Shown one piece after another: positions 22,053-28,818 of a stretch of 28,818 nt of DNA. Each line of letters opens with the position of its first letter. Within the stretch, counting starts at the first letter, position 1. Under the pieces are notes generated by a model, which searched no databases, was not told the DNA's origin, and saw nothing but the letters and a program-made list of their open reading frames with translations. Position numbers and translations under genes: made by a program. Where the stretch lies: assembly GCA_964598715.1 (NCBI GenBank), contig CAZRDA010000001.1:1-28818 (forward strand). The letters are read 5' to 3'. This DNA is from an uncultured bacterium (GTDB lineage: Bacteria; Methylomirabilota; Methylomirabilia; Methylomirabilales; JACPAU01).

Positions 22053-22138
22053 GGAGGGGTGGCCGAGTGGTTGAAGGCGGCGGTCTTGAAAACCGCAAGG
22101 CGCAAGCCTCGGGGGTTCGAATCCTCCCCCCTCCGCCA
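22053..22138 (+). tRNA. tRNA-Ser(UGA)
   Basis: Acceptor GGAGGGG/CCCCTCC, anticodon arm GCGGT-CTTGAAA-ACCGC, long variable arm, TTCGAAT, G73, encoded CCA. Confidence 0.95.
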
Positions 22139-22178
22139 GTGCCGCCCCTACCCCCGTTTTGGCAGCAGGAATCTGCTC

Positions 22179-22270
22179 GGAGAGGTGACCGAGCGGCCTA
22201 AGGTGCTCGCCTGCTAAGCGAGTCTACGTCGAAAGATGTAGCGGGGGTTCGAATCCCCCCCTCTCCGCCA
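22179..22270 (+). tRNA. tRNA-Ser(GCU)
   Basis: GGAGAGG acceptor, CTCGC-CTGCTAA-GCGAG, long variable arm, GCCA end. Confidence 0.95.
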
Positions 22271-22294
22271 TGCGCCGTAGCGCGACAGAACGCT

Positions 22295-22371
22295 GCGCCC
22301 ATAGCTCAGCTGGATAGAGCGACAGACTACGAATCTGTAGGCCAGAGGTTCGAATCCTCTTGGGCGCACCA
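22295..22371 (+). tRNA. tRNA-Arg(ACG)
   Basis: GCGCCCA/TGGGCGC acceptor, ACAGA-CTACGAA-TCTGT, ACCA end. Confidence 0.95.
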
Positions 22372-22376
22372 TTTGA

Positions 22377-22400
22377 GGGGTGCCGGCAACTCGGCGCCCC
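22377..22400 (+). terminator. Possible terminator hairpin after the tRNA cluster
   Basis: GGGGTGCCG-GCAACT-CGGCGCCCC, 9-bp stem; only a weak U tract follows. Confidence 0.4.
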
Positions 22401-22517
22401 GATTGGCTTTCTAGGCCCCCGGACCGCCTCCCTGCCGACTGGCATACGTCTTGCCATTCTCCCCTTCCACGCGCTCACGCTGCCCGGAAACCGGCCGCAG
22501 CGGCCTGATGAGGGAGA

Positions 22518-23159
22518 GTGGTGGAACGGTTGCAATGGGGTCCCTGGCCACCTGAAGACGAAGATCGCCTGCCGGACGGCCCCGGGGTCCTCGTGCTCGG
22601 CGACCGGGCCCGGCGGATCCTCTACATCGCCGCCACCGCAAACCTGCGAGCAGCCCTGGAGCCCGAAGGTGAGCGGGCGCAGGGGACGCTGGTGAATGGG
22701 CAGTGGCTTCCCAGGGGGGCGCGGGAGGCCGCGGCCGTGCTCCATTGGGAGGAGACGCCGGACCCGGAGGCTCGCCGCCTGCGCCTGGTGGAGACGTATG
22801 CGGCCGCGAACGGGGACTCCTACCCTCCCTTCAACCGCCGGCATCCCCGGTACCCCGCCCGCCACCCGGCCTCCTGTGGGGTCCCAAAGGGCTCCTCGGT
22901 CCTGCACATTCCGGGGGAGAGCACAGACTTCAGCCAGGGGGGATTGGGGGTTCTCCTTCCCGCCCCGATCCCGTTCCAGACGCCGGTTACCGTGCAGCTT
23001 CAGCTCCCCAGCGGCCCTCTTGAGGCCCTGGGCCTTGTCCTGTGGTCGGCACCGCAGGGGGACCGGACGCGCGTCGGCATCGAGATTTACACCCCCCTCG
23101 GCCTGGGGGGTCGCGTCCGCTGGGCCCGGCACTTGGAAAGCCTCGCCACCTCAGCCTGA
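22518..23159 (+). CDS. Degenerate GIY-YIG-like domain fused to a PilZ domain
   Basis: N-terminal LPDGPGVLVLGDRARRILYIAATANLR resembles UvrC-type GIY-YIG. C-terminal RRHPR (RxxxR, 22836-22850) and DFSQGG (DxSxxG, 22926-22943) are PilZ motifs. AGGGAG SD before GTG-GTG. Confidence 0.7.
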   Translation: MVERLQWGPWPPEDEDRLPDGPGVLVLGDRARRILYIAATANLRAALEPEGERAQGTLVNGQWLPRGAREAAAVLHWEETPDPEARRLRLVETYAAANGDSYPPFNRRHPRYPARHPASCGVPKGSSVLHIPGESTDFSQGGLGVLLPAPIPFQTPVTVQLQLPSGPLEALGLVLWSAPQGDRTRVGIEIYTPLGLGGRVRWARHLESLATSA

Positions 23160-23183
23160 CATCCCGCTAGCCCCCTGCCACCG

Positions 23184-23212
23184 TTGCCGGCCTCTCCCCG
23201 GTGTGCTAGATT
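23184..23212 (+). promoter_or_regulatory. sigma70-type promoter for tadA
   Basis: TTGCCG-17 bp-TAGATT with extended -10 TGC. Confidence 0.65.
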
Positions 23213-23244
23213 CACGGTGTTTTTCCCGCGCGGAGGCAGGCCCC

Positions 23245-23712
23245 GTGTTTCGCGACGCGGACGACCGGTTCATGCTGGTTGCGCTGGAGGAGGCGCGCCT
23301 CGCGGCTGCGGCCGGAGAGGTACCGGTCGGCGCCGTCGTGGTCCTGGGGGAGCGGATCCTGGCGCGAGAACATAACGCTCCGATCGGCCTAGCTGACCCG
23401 ACCGGCCATGCGGAGGTGCTCGCTCTCCGGAGCGCGGCCGCCAGGGCCGGCAACTACCGCCTGCCGGGGGCCGCACTGTACGTGACGGTGGAACCCTGCG
23501 CCATGTGCGCCGGGGCGCTCCTCAACGCCCGGGTTTCCCGGCTGATCTATGGAGCCCCGGACCCGAAGGCCGGCGCCGTTGCCTCCCGCCTTCGGCTCCT
23601 GGAAGTGCCGGGTCTCCCCCACCGGGTGGCGGTGACAGCGGGGCTCCGGGGGGAGGAGTGTGGCGCGCTCCTCCGCGATTTTTTTCAGGCGCGCCGGGCC
23701 GCCGCCGGGTAG
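23245..23712 (+). CDS. tadA: tRNA adenosine(34) deaminase TadA
   Basis: D.RFMLVALEEA, GEVPVGAV, DPTGHAE, TVEPCAMCAGA, GAPDPKAGA; GTG start after GGAGG. Confidence 0.94.
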   Translation: MFRDADDRFMLVALEEARLAAAAGEVPVGAVVVLGERILAREHNAPIGLADPTGHAEVLALRSAAARAGNYRLPGAALYVTVEPCAMCAGALLNARVSRLIYGAPDPKAGAVASRLRLLEVPGLPHRVAVTAGLRGEECGALLRDFFQARRAAAG

Positions 23713-23722
23713 AATGGGACCC

Positions 23723-23816
23723 GGAGGGGTGGCCGAGCGGCCGAAGGCGATCGATTCGAAATCGATTAGGGGGGCTCAAACCTCCCTCGGGGGTTCAAAT
23801 CCCTCCCCCTCCGCCA
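23723..23816 (+). tRNA. tRNA-Ser(CGA)
   Basis: GGAGGGG acceptor, ATCGA-TTCGAAA-TCGAT, long variable arm, TTCAAAT, GCCA end. Confidence 0.93.
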
Positions 23817-23873
23817 CGGGGCCACGCGCGGCCCGGCCCCGGTGGACGGCTCCCGACCCCGACAGACATGTGC

Positions 23874-23963
23874 GGAGAGGTGTCCGAGTGGCCGAAGGAG
23901 CACGCCTGGAGAGCGTGTATGGGGGTAACCCCATCCCGGGTTCGAATCCCGGCCTCTCCGCCA
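23874..23963 (+). tRNA. tRNA-Ser(GGA)
   Basis: GGAGAGG/CCTCTCC acceptor, CACGC-CTGGAGA-GCGTG, long variable arm, GCCA end. Confidence 0.95.
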
Positions 23964-23997
23964 TCGCGCCTGCCTCGGCGGGGAGCAGGAGGGATGT

Positions 23998-24516
23998 ATG
24001 GCGCTGTCCCTGGTACATCTCAAGACGCTGTACGCCTTTAACGCCTGGGCCCGGGGGCGGATGCTGGATGCCGTGGGGGCGCTGGATGGAGTGGCCTATC
24101 GGAAGGATCTCGGGAATAGTTTCGGCTCGGTGCACGGGACGGTCGTCCACATCCTCGGCGCGGAGGAGTTGTGGCTCAAGCGCTGGCACGGGGAGTCCCC
24201 CACGTCGCTGGTCTCGGCCGACACCTTCGCCTCCTTCCCTGAGGTTCGGCGGCGCTGGGACGACCTGGAGATCGAGTTGCAGCGCTTCCTGGCGGCTCTC
24301 ACCGAGGAGACCGTCCTGCGGGTCATCCGGCACCGGGACACCCGGGGCAACGCTTACGCCACTCCGCTCTGGCAGATGATGCAGCACGTGGTGAACCACT
24401 CGACGTACCACCGGGGTCAGGTCACGACGATGCTCCGGCAACTCGGGGCAAGGCCGGTCGCCACCGACTTGATTACGTACTACCGGCAGCAGGCCGGGCA
24501 GGAGAAGCCGGTCTGA
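23998..24516 (+). CDS. DinB/YfiT family protein (putative metal-dependent thiol transferase fold)
   Basis: L..LYAFNAWA, SFGSVHGTVVHILGAEELW..R, QHVVNHSTYHRGQ (His triad). Confidence 0.88.
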   Translation: MALSLVHLKTLYAFNAWARGRMLDAVGALDGVAYRKDLGNSFGSVHGTVVHILGAEELWLKRWHGESPTSLVSADTFASFPEVRRRWDDLEIELQRFLAALTEETVLRVIRHRDTRGNAYATPLWQMMQHVVNHSTYHRGQVTTMLRQLGARPVATDLITYYRQQAGQEKPV

Positions 24517-24528
24517 GCCGATCCGGTT

Positions 24529-24799
24529 GGCCGTGCTAGACGGGGAGGTAGCGGTGCCCTGTACCCGCAATCCGCTATAGCGGGGTCGAATTCCTGCCCG
24601 AGGTCGCGCGTCCCGCGGTCCGAGCAGGCGGGCCGGAGCGTTGAGGGCCGGGTCCCGCGCAGGGCGGGTCCACAAACCCCGCCAGGTCCGGAAGGGAGCA
24701 ACGGTACGTGGCCCCCCGCCGGTGCCGCGGGGACACTCGGCCGGAGCCACCGACCCGCCGCGCCGCCCGCGTGACCCGATCGACGGCAGGTGCACGGCC
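24529..24799 (+). ncRNA. ffs: Large (Alu-domain-containing) signal recognition particle RNA
   Basis: 5' GGCCGTGC pairs with 3' GCACGGCC; Alu-type GGGGAGGTAGCGGTGCCCTGTACC.GCAATCCGCT; helix 8 CCAGGTCCGGAAGGGAGCAAC; canonical position upstream of dnaX. Confidence 0.92.
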
Positions 24800-24819
24800 A
24801 GCTCTTCTCTCTCACACCG

Positions 24820-26619
24820 ATGTCCTACCAGGTTCTCGCCCGGCGCTGGCGTCCCCAGACCTTTGACCAGGTCGTGGGACAGGAGCCGGTCACTCGGACG
24901 CTCCGCAACGCCCTGAGCAGCCGGCGCCTGGCCCACGCCCTCCTCTTCGCCGGCCCCCGCGGCGTGGGGAAGACCACTACCGCCCGCCTCGTCGCCAAGG
25001 CCCTCAACTGCGAGAAAAGCCCGGGGCCCGATCCTTGCAATGCGTGCGCCGCCTGCCAGGAGATCGCCCTCGGCACCTCGGTGGACTGCATCGAGATTGA
25101 CGCCGCCACCCACACGGGCGTGGACCACGTCCGGTCTCTTCAGGAGCAACTGGCGTACCACCCGATCCGGGGCAAGTCCAAGGTCTACATTGTGGACGAG
25201 GTCCACATGCTCTCCGCCGGGGCCTTCAACGCTCTGTTGAAGACGCTGGAGGAGCCCCCGCCGAACGTCCTGTTCATCCTGGCCACCACCGAGCCCCACA
25301 AGGTCCCGGCCACGATCCAGTCCCGGTGCCAGCGCCACGACTTCCGGAAGATCGGGCCCGACCAGATCCGGGAGCGTCTGGCCGCGATCGGCCAGGCGGA
25401 GGGGGTCCGACTCGACGAGGATGCCGTCGCGTTGCTTGCCCGGGCCGCGGACGGGAGCCTGCGGGATGCCCAGAGCCTCCTGGACCAGGTGATCGCCTAC
25501 TGTGGCACCGAGATCGGCGGGCAGGCGGTTGCGACGCTCCTGGGTCTGGTGGCCTCGGACGCGCTCTTCGCCGCCGCAGGGGCCCTTGCGGAGGGGGCGG
25601 CCGGACGGCTCCTGGAGCTGGTGGAGGAGATGAGTCGCCGCGGGAACGACCTGCGCCTCTTCGCGGGCGAACTGCTCGGGCACTTCCGCAACCTCCTGGT
25701 GGTGAAGGTGACGGGGAGCGCGCGCCAGCTCCTGGGTCTGGCTCCCGCCGACTTCGAGCGGACGGTAACGCAGGCGGAGGCCTTCACTGTCCCCCGTCTG
25801 GAGGTGCTCCTGCACCTCCTCGGGCAGGCCGAGGCGGAGATGCGCCGGAGCGGGTATCCCCGCTATGCGCTGGAGGTGGCGCTGGTTCGGATGGCGGAGA
25901 CCGCCGCGGCACCCGCCCTGGATGACCTCATCCGGCGGCTCGCGGACCTCGAGGCCCGCCTGGGAGTCGGGGGGGTGGCGGCGCCTGTCCCGGCCGCTCA
26001 GCCCACCCTCTTCCAAGAGGCAGCTCCCGTGCCGCCGCGCCCGAGCCGGGCCAGCGCTACGCCCCCGGTTCCCCCGGCGGCCCCGAGCCCCGTCCCACCC
26101 CTCCCGAACCCATCCCGGCCGGCGCCGGTCGGGCAGGCCCCGGCTCCCGCGGGGGAGCCGGCGGAGCGGGGGGCCGCCGCCCGCGACCTTCCGATGACCC
26201 CCTCGGGGGGTCCCGATCCGGGCGCCGCCTGGGCGGATGCCAAGCGCCGGCTCGCCCGGCAGAAGCGGCTGGCCACGCTCCTCGAGGAGGTCCAGGAGGT
26301 CCGCCTGGAGGAGGAGACTCTCGTCCTGGTCTTCCCCGACGGGAACACCTTCTCCCGGATGACACTGGAGGATCCGGAGAATCGCCGACTCGTGGGCGGC
26401 GCCGTCGAGGGGGCCTTCGGCCGCCGGCTTGCGGTCGAGTATCGCTTCCTGTCTGCGCCGCCGCGCGCCGCCTCGCCCGGTCGGCCACCCGAGCCGGAGG
26501 GCGCCCATCGGGCCCCGCCGGCGGACCCGGCGAGCCACCCGCTGGTGCAGGAGGCCCTCCGCCTCTTCGGCGGGCGTCTTCTCCCGCCGGATCGCCGCGC
26601 GGGGGGTGTCCCCTTCTAG
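24820..26619 (+). CDS. dnaX: DNA polymerase III subunit gamma/tau
   Basis: MSYQVLARRWRPQTF, GPRGVGKTTT, C4 zinc site, IEIDAA, DEVHML, SRCQ, ADGSLRDAQSLLDQ; Pro/Ala-rich linker. Confidence 0.96.
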   Translation: MSYQVLARRWRPQTFDQVVGQEPVTRTLRNALSSRRLAHALLFAGPRGVGKTTTARLVAKALNCEKSPGPDPCNACAACQEIALGTSVDCIEIDAATHTGVDHVRSLQEQLAYHPIRGKSKVYIVDEVHMLSAGAFNALLKTLEEPPPNVLFILATTEPHKVPATIQSRCQRHDFRKIGPDQIRERLAAIGQAEGVRLDEDAVALLARAADGSLRDAQSLLDQVIAYCGTEIGGQAVATLLGLVASDALFAAAGALAEGAAGRLLELVEEMSRRGNDLRLFAGELLGHFRNLLVVKVTGSARQLLGLAPADFERTVTQAEAFTVPRLEVLLHLLGQAEAEMRRSGYPRYALEVALVRMAETAAAPALDDLIRRLADLEARLGVGGVAAPVPAAQPTLFQEAAPVPPRPSRASATPPVPPAAPSPVPPLPNPSRPAPVGQAPAPAGEPAERGAAARDLPMTPSGGPDPGAAWADAKRRLARQKRLATLLEEVQEVRLEEETLVLVFPDGNTFSRMTLEDPENRRLVGGAVEGAFGRRLAVEYRFLSAPPRAASPGRPPEPEGAHRAPPADPASHPLVQEALRLFGGRLLPPDRRAGGVPF

Positions 26620-26655
26620 CGGGGCGCGGGGCTCCCCGCGCCCCCGGAGTGGCGC

Positions 26656-26967
26656 ATGAAGGATTTCACCAACCTCATGAAGCAGGCCCAGCGGATGAAG
26701 GCCGAGCTGGAGCGCCTCCAGGGCGAGGCGGCCACCAAGCGGGTGGAGGGGACGGCGGGCGGCGGCATGGTGACCGTCACGGTGGACGGGCGCGGCGAGG
26801 TGGTGGCGGTCCGGATTGACCCCGAGGTGGCCGCCGCGGCCGACCGGGAGATGCTCCAGGATCTGATCGTGGCCGCCACCAACGAGGCCCTGCGGAAGGC
26901 GCGCGAGGTGATGAACGCCGAGATGGCGAAGCTCGCCGGCGGCATGGGCCTCCCCGGCCTCTTCTGA
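26656..26967 (+). CDS. ybaB: YbaB/EbfC nucleoid-associated protein
   Basis: MKQAQ.M, VEGTAGGGMVTV, DREMLQDLIVAATNEA; located between dnaX and recR. Confidence 0.93.
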   Translation: MKDFTNLMKQAQRMKAELERLQGEAATKRVEGTAGGGMVTVTVDGRGEVVAVRIDPEVAAAADREMLQDLIVAATNEALRKAREVMNAEMAKLAGGMGLPGLF

Positions 26968-26976
26968 GCGCGGCCC

Positions 26977-27582
26977 GTGCCACCAAAATACGCCCCCACC
27001 CTCGTTCACCTCATTGACGTGCTGATGCGACTCCCCGGCATCGGCCCCAAGACAGCCCAGCGCCTGGCGTTCTATCTCCTGAAGGTCCCCCGCGAGGAGG
27101 CCACGGCCCTCGCCGAGGCGATCGTGGACCTCAAGGAGAAGACCCGCCTCTGCGAGGTCTGCTTCAATGTGGCAGAGGAGGCCCGCTGCCCCATCTGTCA
27201 GGACGGCAGCCGGAACCGGAGTGTCATCTGCGTGGTGGAGGAGGCCAACGACCTGATGGCGATCGAGCGGACGGGAGAGTTCAAAGGGCTCTACCACGTC
27301 CTCCAGGGCTCCCTCTCGCCGCTGGAGGGGCGCGGTCCGGATACCATCCTGGCGAAGGAACTTCTGCACCGCCTGGCGGGGGGGGAGGTCCAGGAGATCA
27401 TCCTGGCCACGAACCCGAACGTGGAGGGGGACGCGACAGCCCTCTACCTGAAGCGGCTCATCCACCCCCTCGGGGTCCGGCTGACCCGGCTCGCGCACGG
27501 CCTGCCGGTGGGGGGGGACCTGGAGTACGCGGACGAAGTCACGCTGGCCCGGGCGCTGGCCGGGCGCCGGGAGCTGGGATAG
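26977..27582 (+). CDS. recR: Recombination mediator RecR
   Basis: LPGIGPKTAQRLAF (HhH), CEVC...CPIC zinc finger, ICVVEE, YHVL.G, ATNPNVEGDATA, GGDLEYADEVTL. Confidence 0.96.
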   Translation: MPPKYAPTLVHLIDVLMRLPGIGPKTAQRLAFYLLKVPREEATALAEAIVDLKEKTRLCEVCFNVAEEARCPICQDGSRNRSVICVVEEANDLMAIERTGEFKGLYHVLQGSLSPLEGRGPDTILAKELLHRLAGGEVQEIILATNPNVEGDATALYLKRLIHPLGVRLTRLAHGLPVGGDLEYADEVTLARALAGRRELG

Positions 27583-27643
27583 GCGTCCGGGAACGGGACT
27601 TGCAGTCCCAGGCAAGTTCGGGAAACCCACGTGGGGACACGGC

Positions 27644-27672
27644 TTGTAACCTCCTCTCCCGTATGGTATAAG
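27644..27672 (+). promoter_or_regulatory. sigma70-type promoter for mglBA
   Basis: TTGTAA-17 bp-TATAAG with extended -10 TGG. Confidence 0.7.
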
Positions 27673-27743
27673 GCTCCGACCGGTCCCCCGGGGCGGCCAA
27701 GCGGAGGACTGCGGCTTTTATGTCAGGAGGCGAAGGAGGGATC

Positions 27744-28253
27744 GTGCCGCCGGGCAGGCCGAACCTCATCATCCTGGATGAGGATTTTAAGCGGATCAAT
27801 GCCTGCCTCCTCCGTCTGGGCCAGGAGGCCCGCAGCAAGGCGGTTTTTCTCGTTGACAAAAACGGGCAGCTCATCTCCTCCCAGGGGGAGACGGCCGGGT
27901 TGGACACGGCGTCGCTTGCGTCCCTGACCGCCGGCAACATCGCGGCCACCGGCGGCCTCGCCCAAGTCCTCGGGGAGAAGGAGTTCTCCATCCTCTTCCA
28001 CGAGGGGGAGCGGGACAACCTCCACATCTCCGTCATCAGCCAGCGGGTCATCCTGGCGGTGATCTTCGACAGCCGGACCTCGCTGGGCTTAGTTCGCCTG
28101 CGCGTCAAGAAGGCCTCGGAGGAGTTGACTCGCATCTACGCCGACATCTTGGAGAAGGCGGACCAGGACGGCGGGCAGGCCTGGGCCACCTTTGCGGCGC
28201 AGTTCGCGCAGGTCACCGACGAGGATATCGAGAACCTGTTCGGGAGGGCCTAG
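27744..28253 (+). CDS. mglB: MglB roadblock/LC7 GTPase-activating protein
   Basis: AAGGAGG SD before GTG at 27744; VFLVDKNGQLI, LASLTAGNIAATGGLA..LGEKEFSILFHEGERDNLHIS, SLGLVRLRVKKAS. Confidence 0.9.
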   Translation: MPPGRPNLIILDEDFKRINACLLRLGQEARSKAVFLVDKNGQLISSQGETAGLDTASLASLTAGNIAATGGLAQVLGEKEFSILFHEGERDNLHISVISQRVILAVIFDSRTSLGLVRLRVKKASEELTRIYADILEKADQDGGQAWATFAAQFAQVTDEDIENLFGRA

Positions 28254-28261
28254 GTCGAGCG

Positions 28262-28818
28262 ATGTCCTTCATCAACTATTCGGCACGGGAGATCAACTGC
28301 AAGCTGGTCTACTACGGGCCGGGCCTCTGCGGGAAGACCACCAACCTCCAGCACATCTACAAGCGGGTGGCCCCGACCTCGAAGGGCAAGCTCATCTCCC
28401 TGGCCACGGAGACGGAGCGGACCCTCTTCTTCGACTTCATGCCCCTGCAACTGGGCGAGATCCGCGGCTTCAAGGTGCGCCTCCACCTGTACACCGTTCC
28501 CGGACAGGTCTTCTACGACGCCAGCCGGAAGCTGATCCTCAAGGGGTCGGACGGGATCGTCTTCGTCGCCGACTCCCAACTGGAGCGGATGGAGTCCAAT
28601 ATCGAGAGCCTCCAGAACCTGGAGCAAAACCTGGCGGAGCAGGGCCTCGTGCTGGAGAAGATGCCGTTCGTGATCCAGTACAACAAGCGGGACCTCCCCA
28701 ACGTCGTGAGCATCGAGGATCTCCAGCGGGCGCTCAACTCCCGCAACGTCCCCTGGTTCGAGGCGGTCGCGACCACCGGCGTCGGGGTCTTCGAGACCCT
28801 GAAGTCCATCGCCAAGAC
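28262..28818 (+). CDS. mglA: MglA small Ras-like GTPase (3' truncated)
   Basis: MSFINYSAREINCKLVYYGPGLCGKTTNL, TETERTLFFDF, YTVPGQVFY, QYNKRDL. Confidence 0.95.
   Translation, partial: MSFINYSAREINCKLVYYGPGLCGKTTNLQHIYKRVAPTSKGKLISLATETERTLFFDFMPLQLGEIRGFKVRLHLYTVPGQVFYDASRKLILKGSDGIVFVADSQLERMESNIESLQNLEQNLAEQGLVLEKMPFVIQYNKRDLPNVVSIEDLQRALNSRNVPWFEAVATTGVGVFETLKSIAK

Noticed and set aside
22696-23244. N-terminal extension of the 338-aa ORF containing TadA
   Set aside because: Overlaps the PilZ-fusion gene in another frame; tadA has its own promoter, SD and GTG at 23245.
23710-23715. TAGAAT -10 overlapping the tadA stop before tRNA-Ser(CGA)
   Set aside because: No matching -35 at 16-18 bp spacing and no extended -10; insufficient support.
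22053-23963. tRNA genes as integration sites for a prophage or genomic island
   Set aside because: No integrase, no duplicated tRNA 3' end and no compositional shift; only one non-core gene is present.
25960-26220. Possible programmed frameshift or slippage site producing DnaX gamma
   Set aside because: No A6G heptamer or long T run seen; the region is simply a Pro/Ala-rich linker.
23776-27630. 1284-aa minus-strand ORF
   Set aside because: Antisense to tRNAs, DinB, SRP RNA, dnaX, ybaB and recR; no protein motifs.

Overview
High-GC bacterial chromosomal window centred on the replication origin region. All real genes left of ~12.8 kb are on the minus strand and all to the right are on the plus strand. 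Left arm, in transcription order: rpmH-rnpA-yidD-yidC-rsmG, three parS sites, parA-parB, an ECF sigma/zinc anti-sigma pair, then an operon of bactofilin, mnmA, a membrane protein, DUF58 and a large BatA/double-VWA protein that runs off the window. Centre: a ~660 bp oriC-like interval with DnaA boxes but no dnaA gene. Right arm: dnaN-recF-gyrB-gyrA-serS, four tRNA-Ser plus tRNA-Arg(ACG), a degenerate GIY-YIG-like/PilZ fusion, tadA, a DinB-family gene, large Alu-containing SRP RNA, dnaX-ybaB-recR and mglB-mglA (truncated). No mobile element or CRISPR was seen. Most unusual: dnaA absent from its canonical position, the GIY-YIG-like/PilZ fusion, rnpA lacking a canonical start codon, and the tandem VWA fusion. 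All calls come from motif reading by eye; no database search was run.
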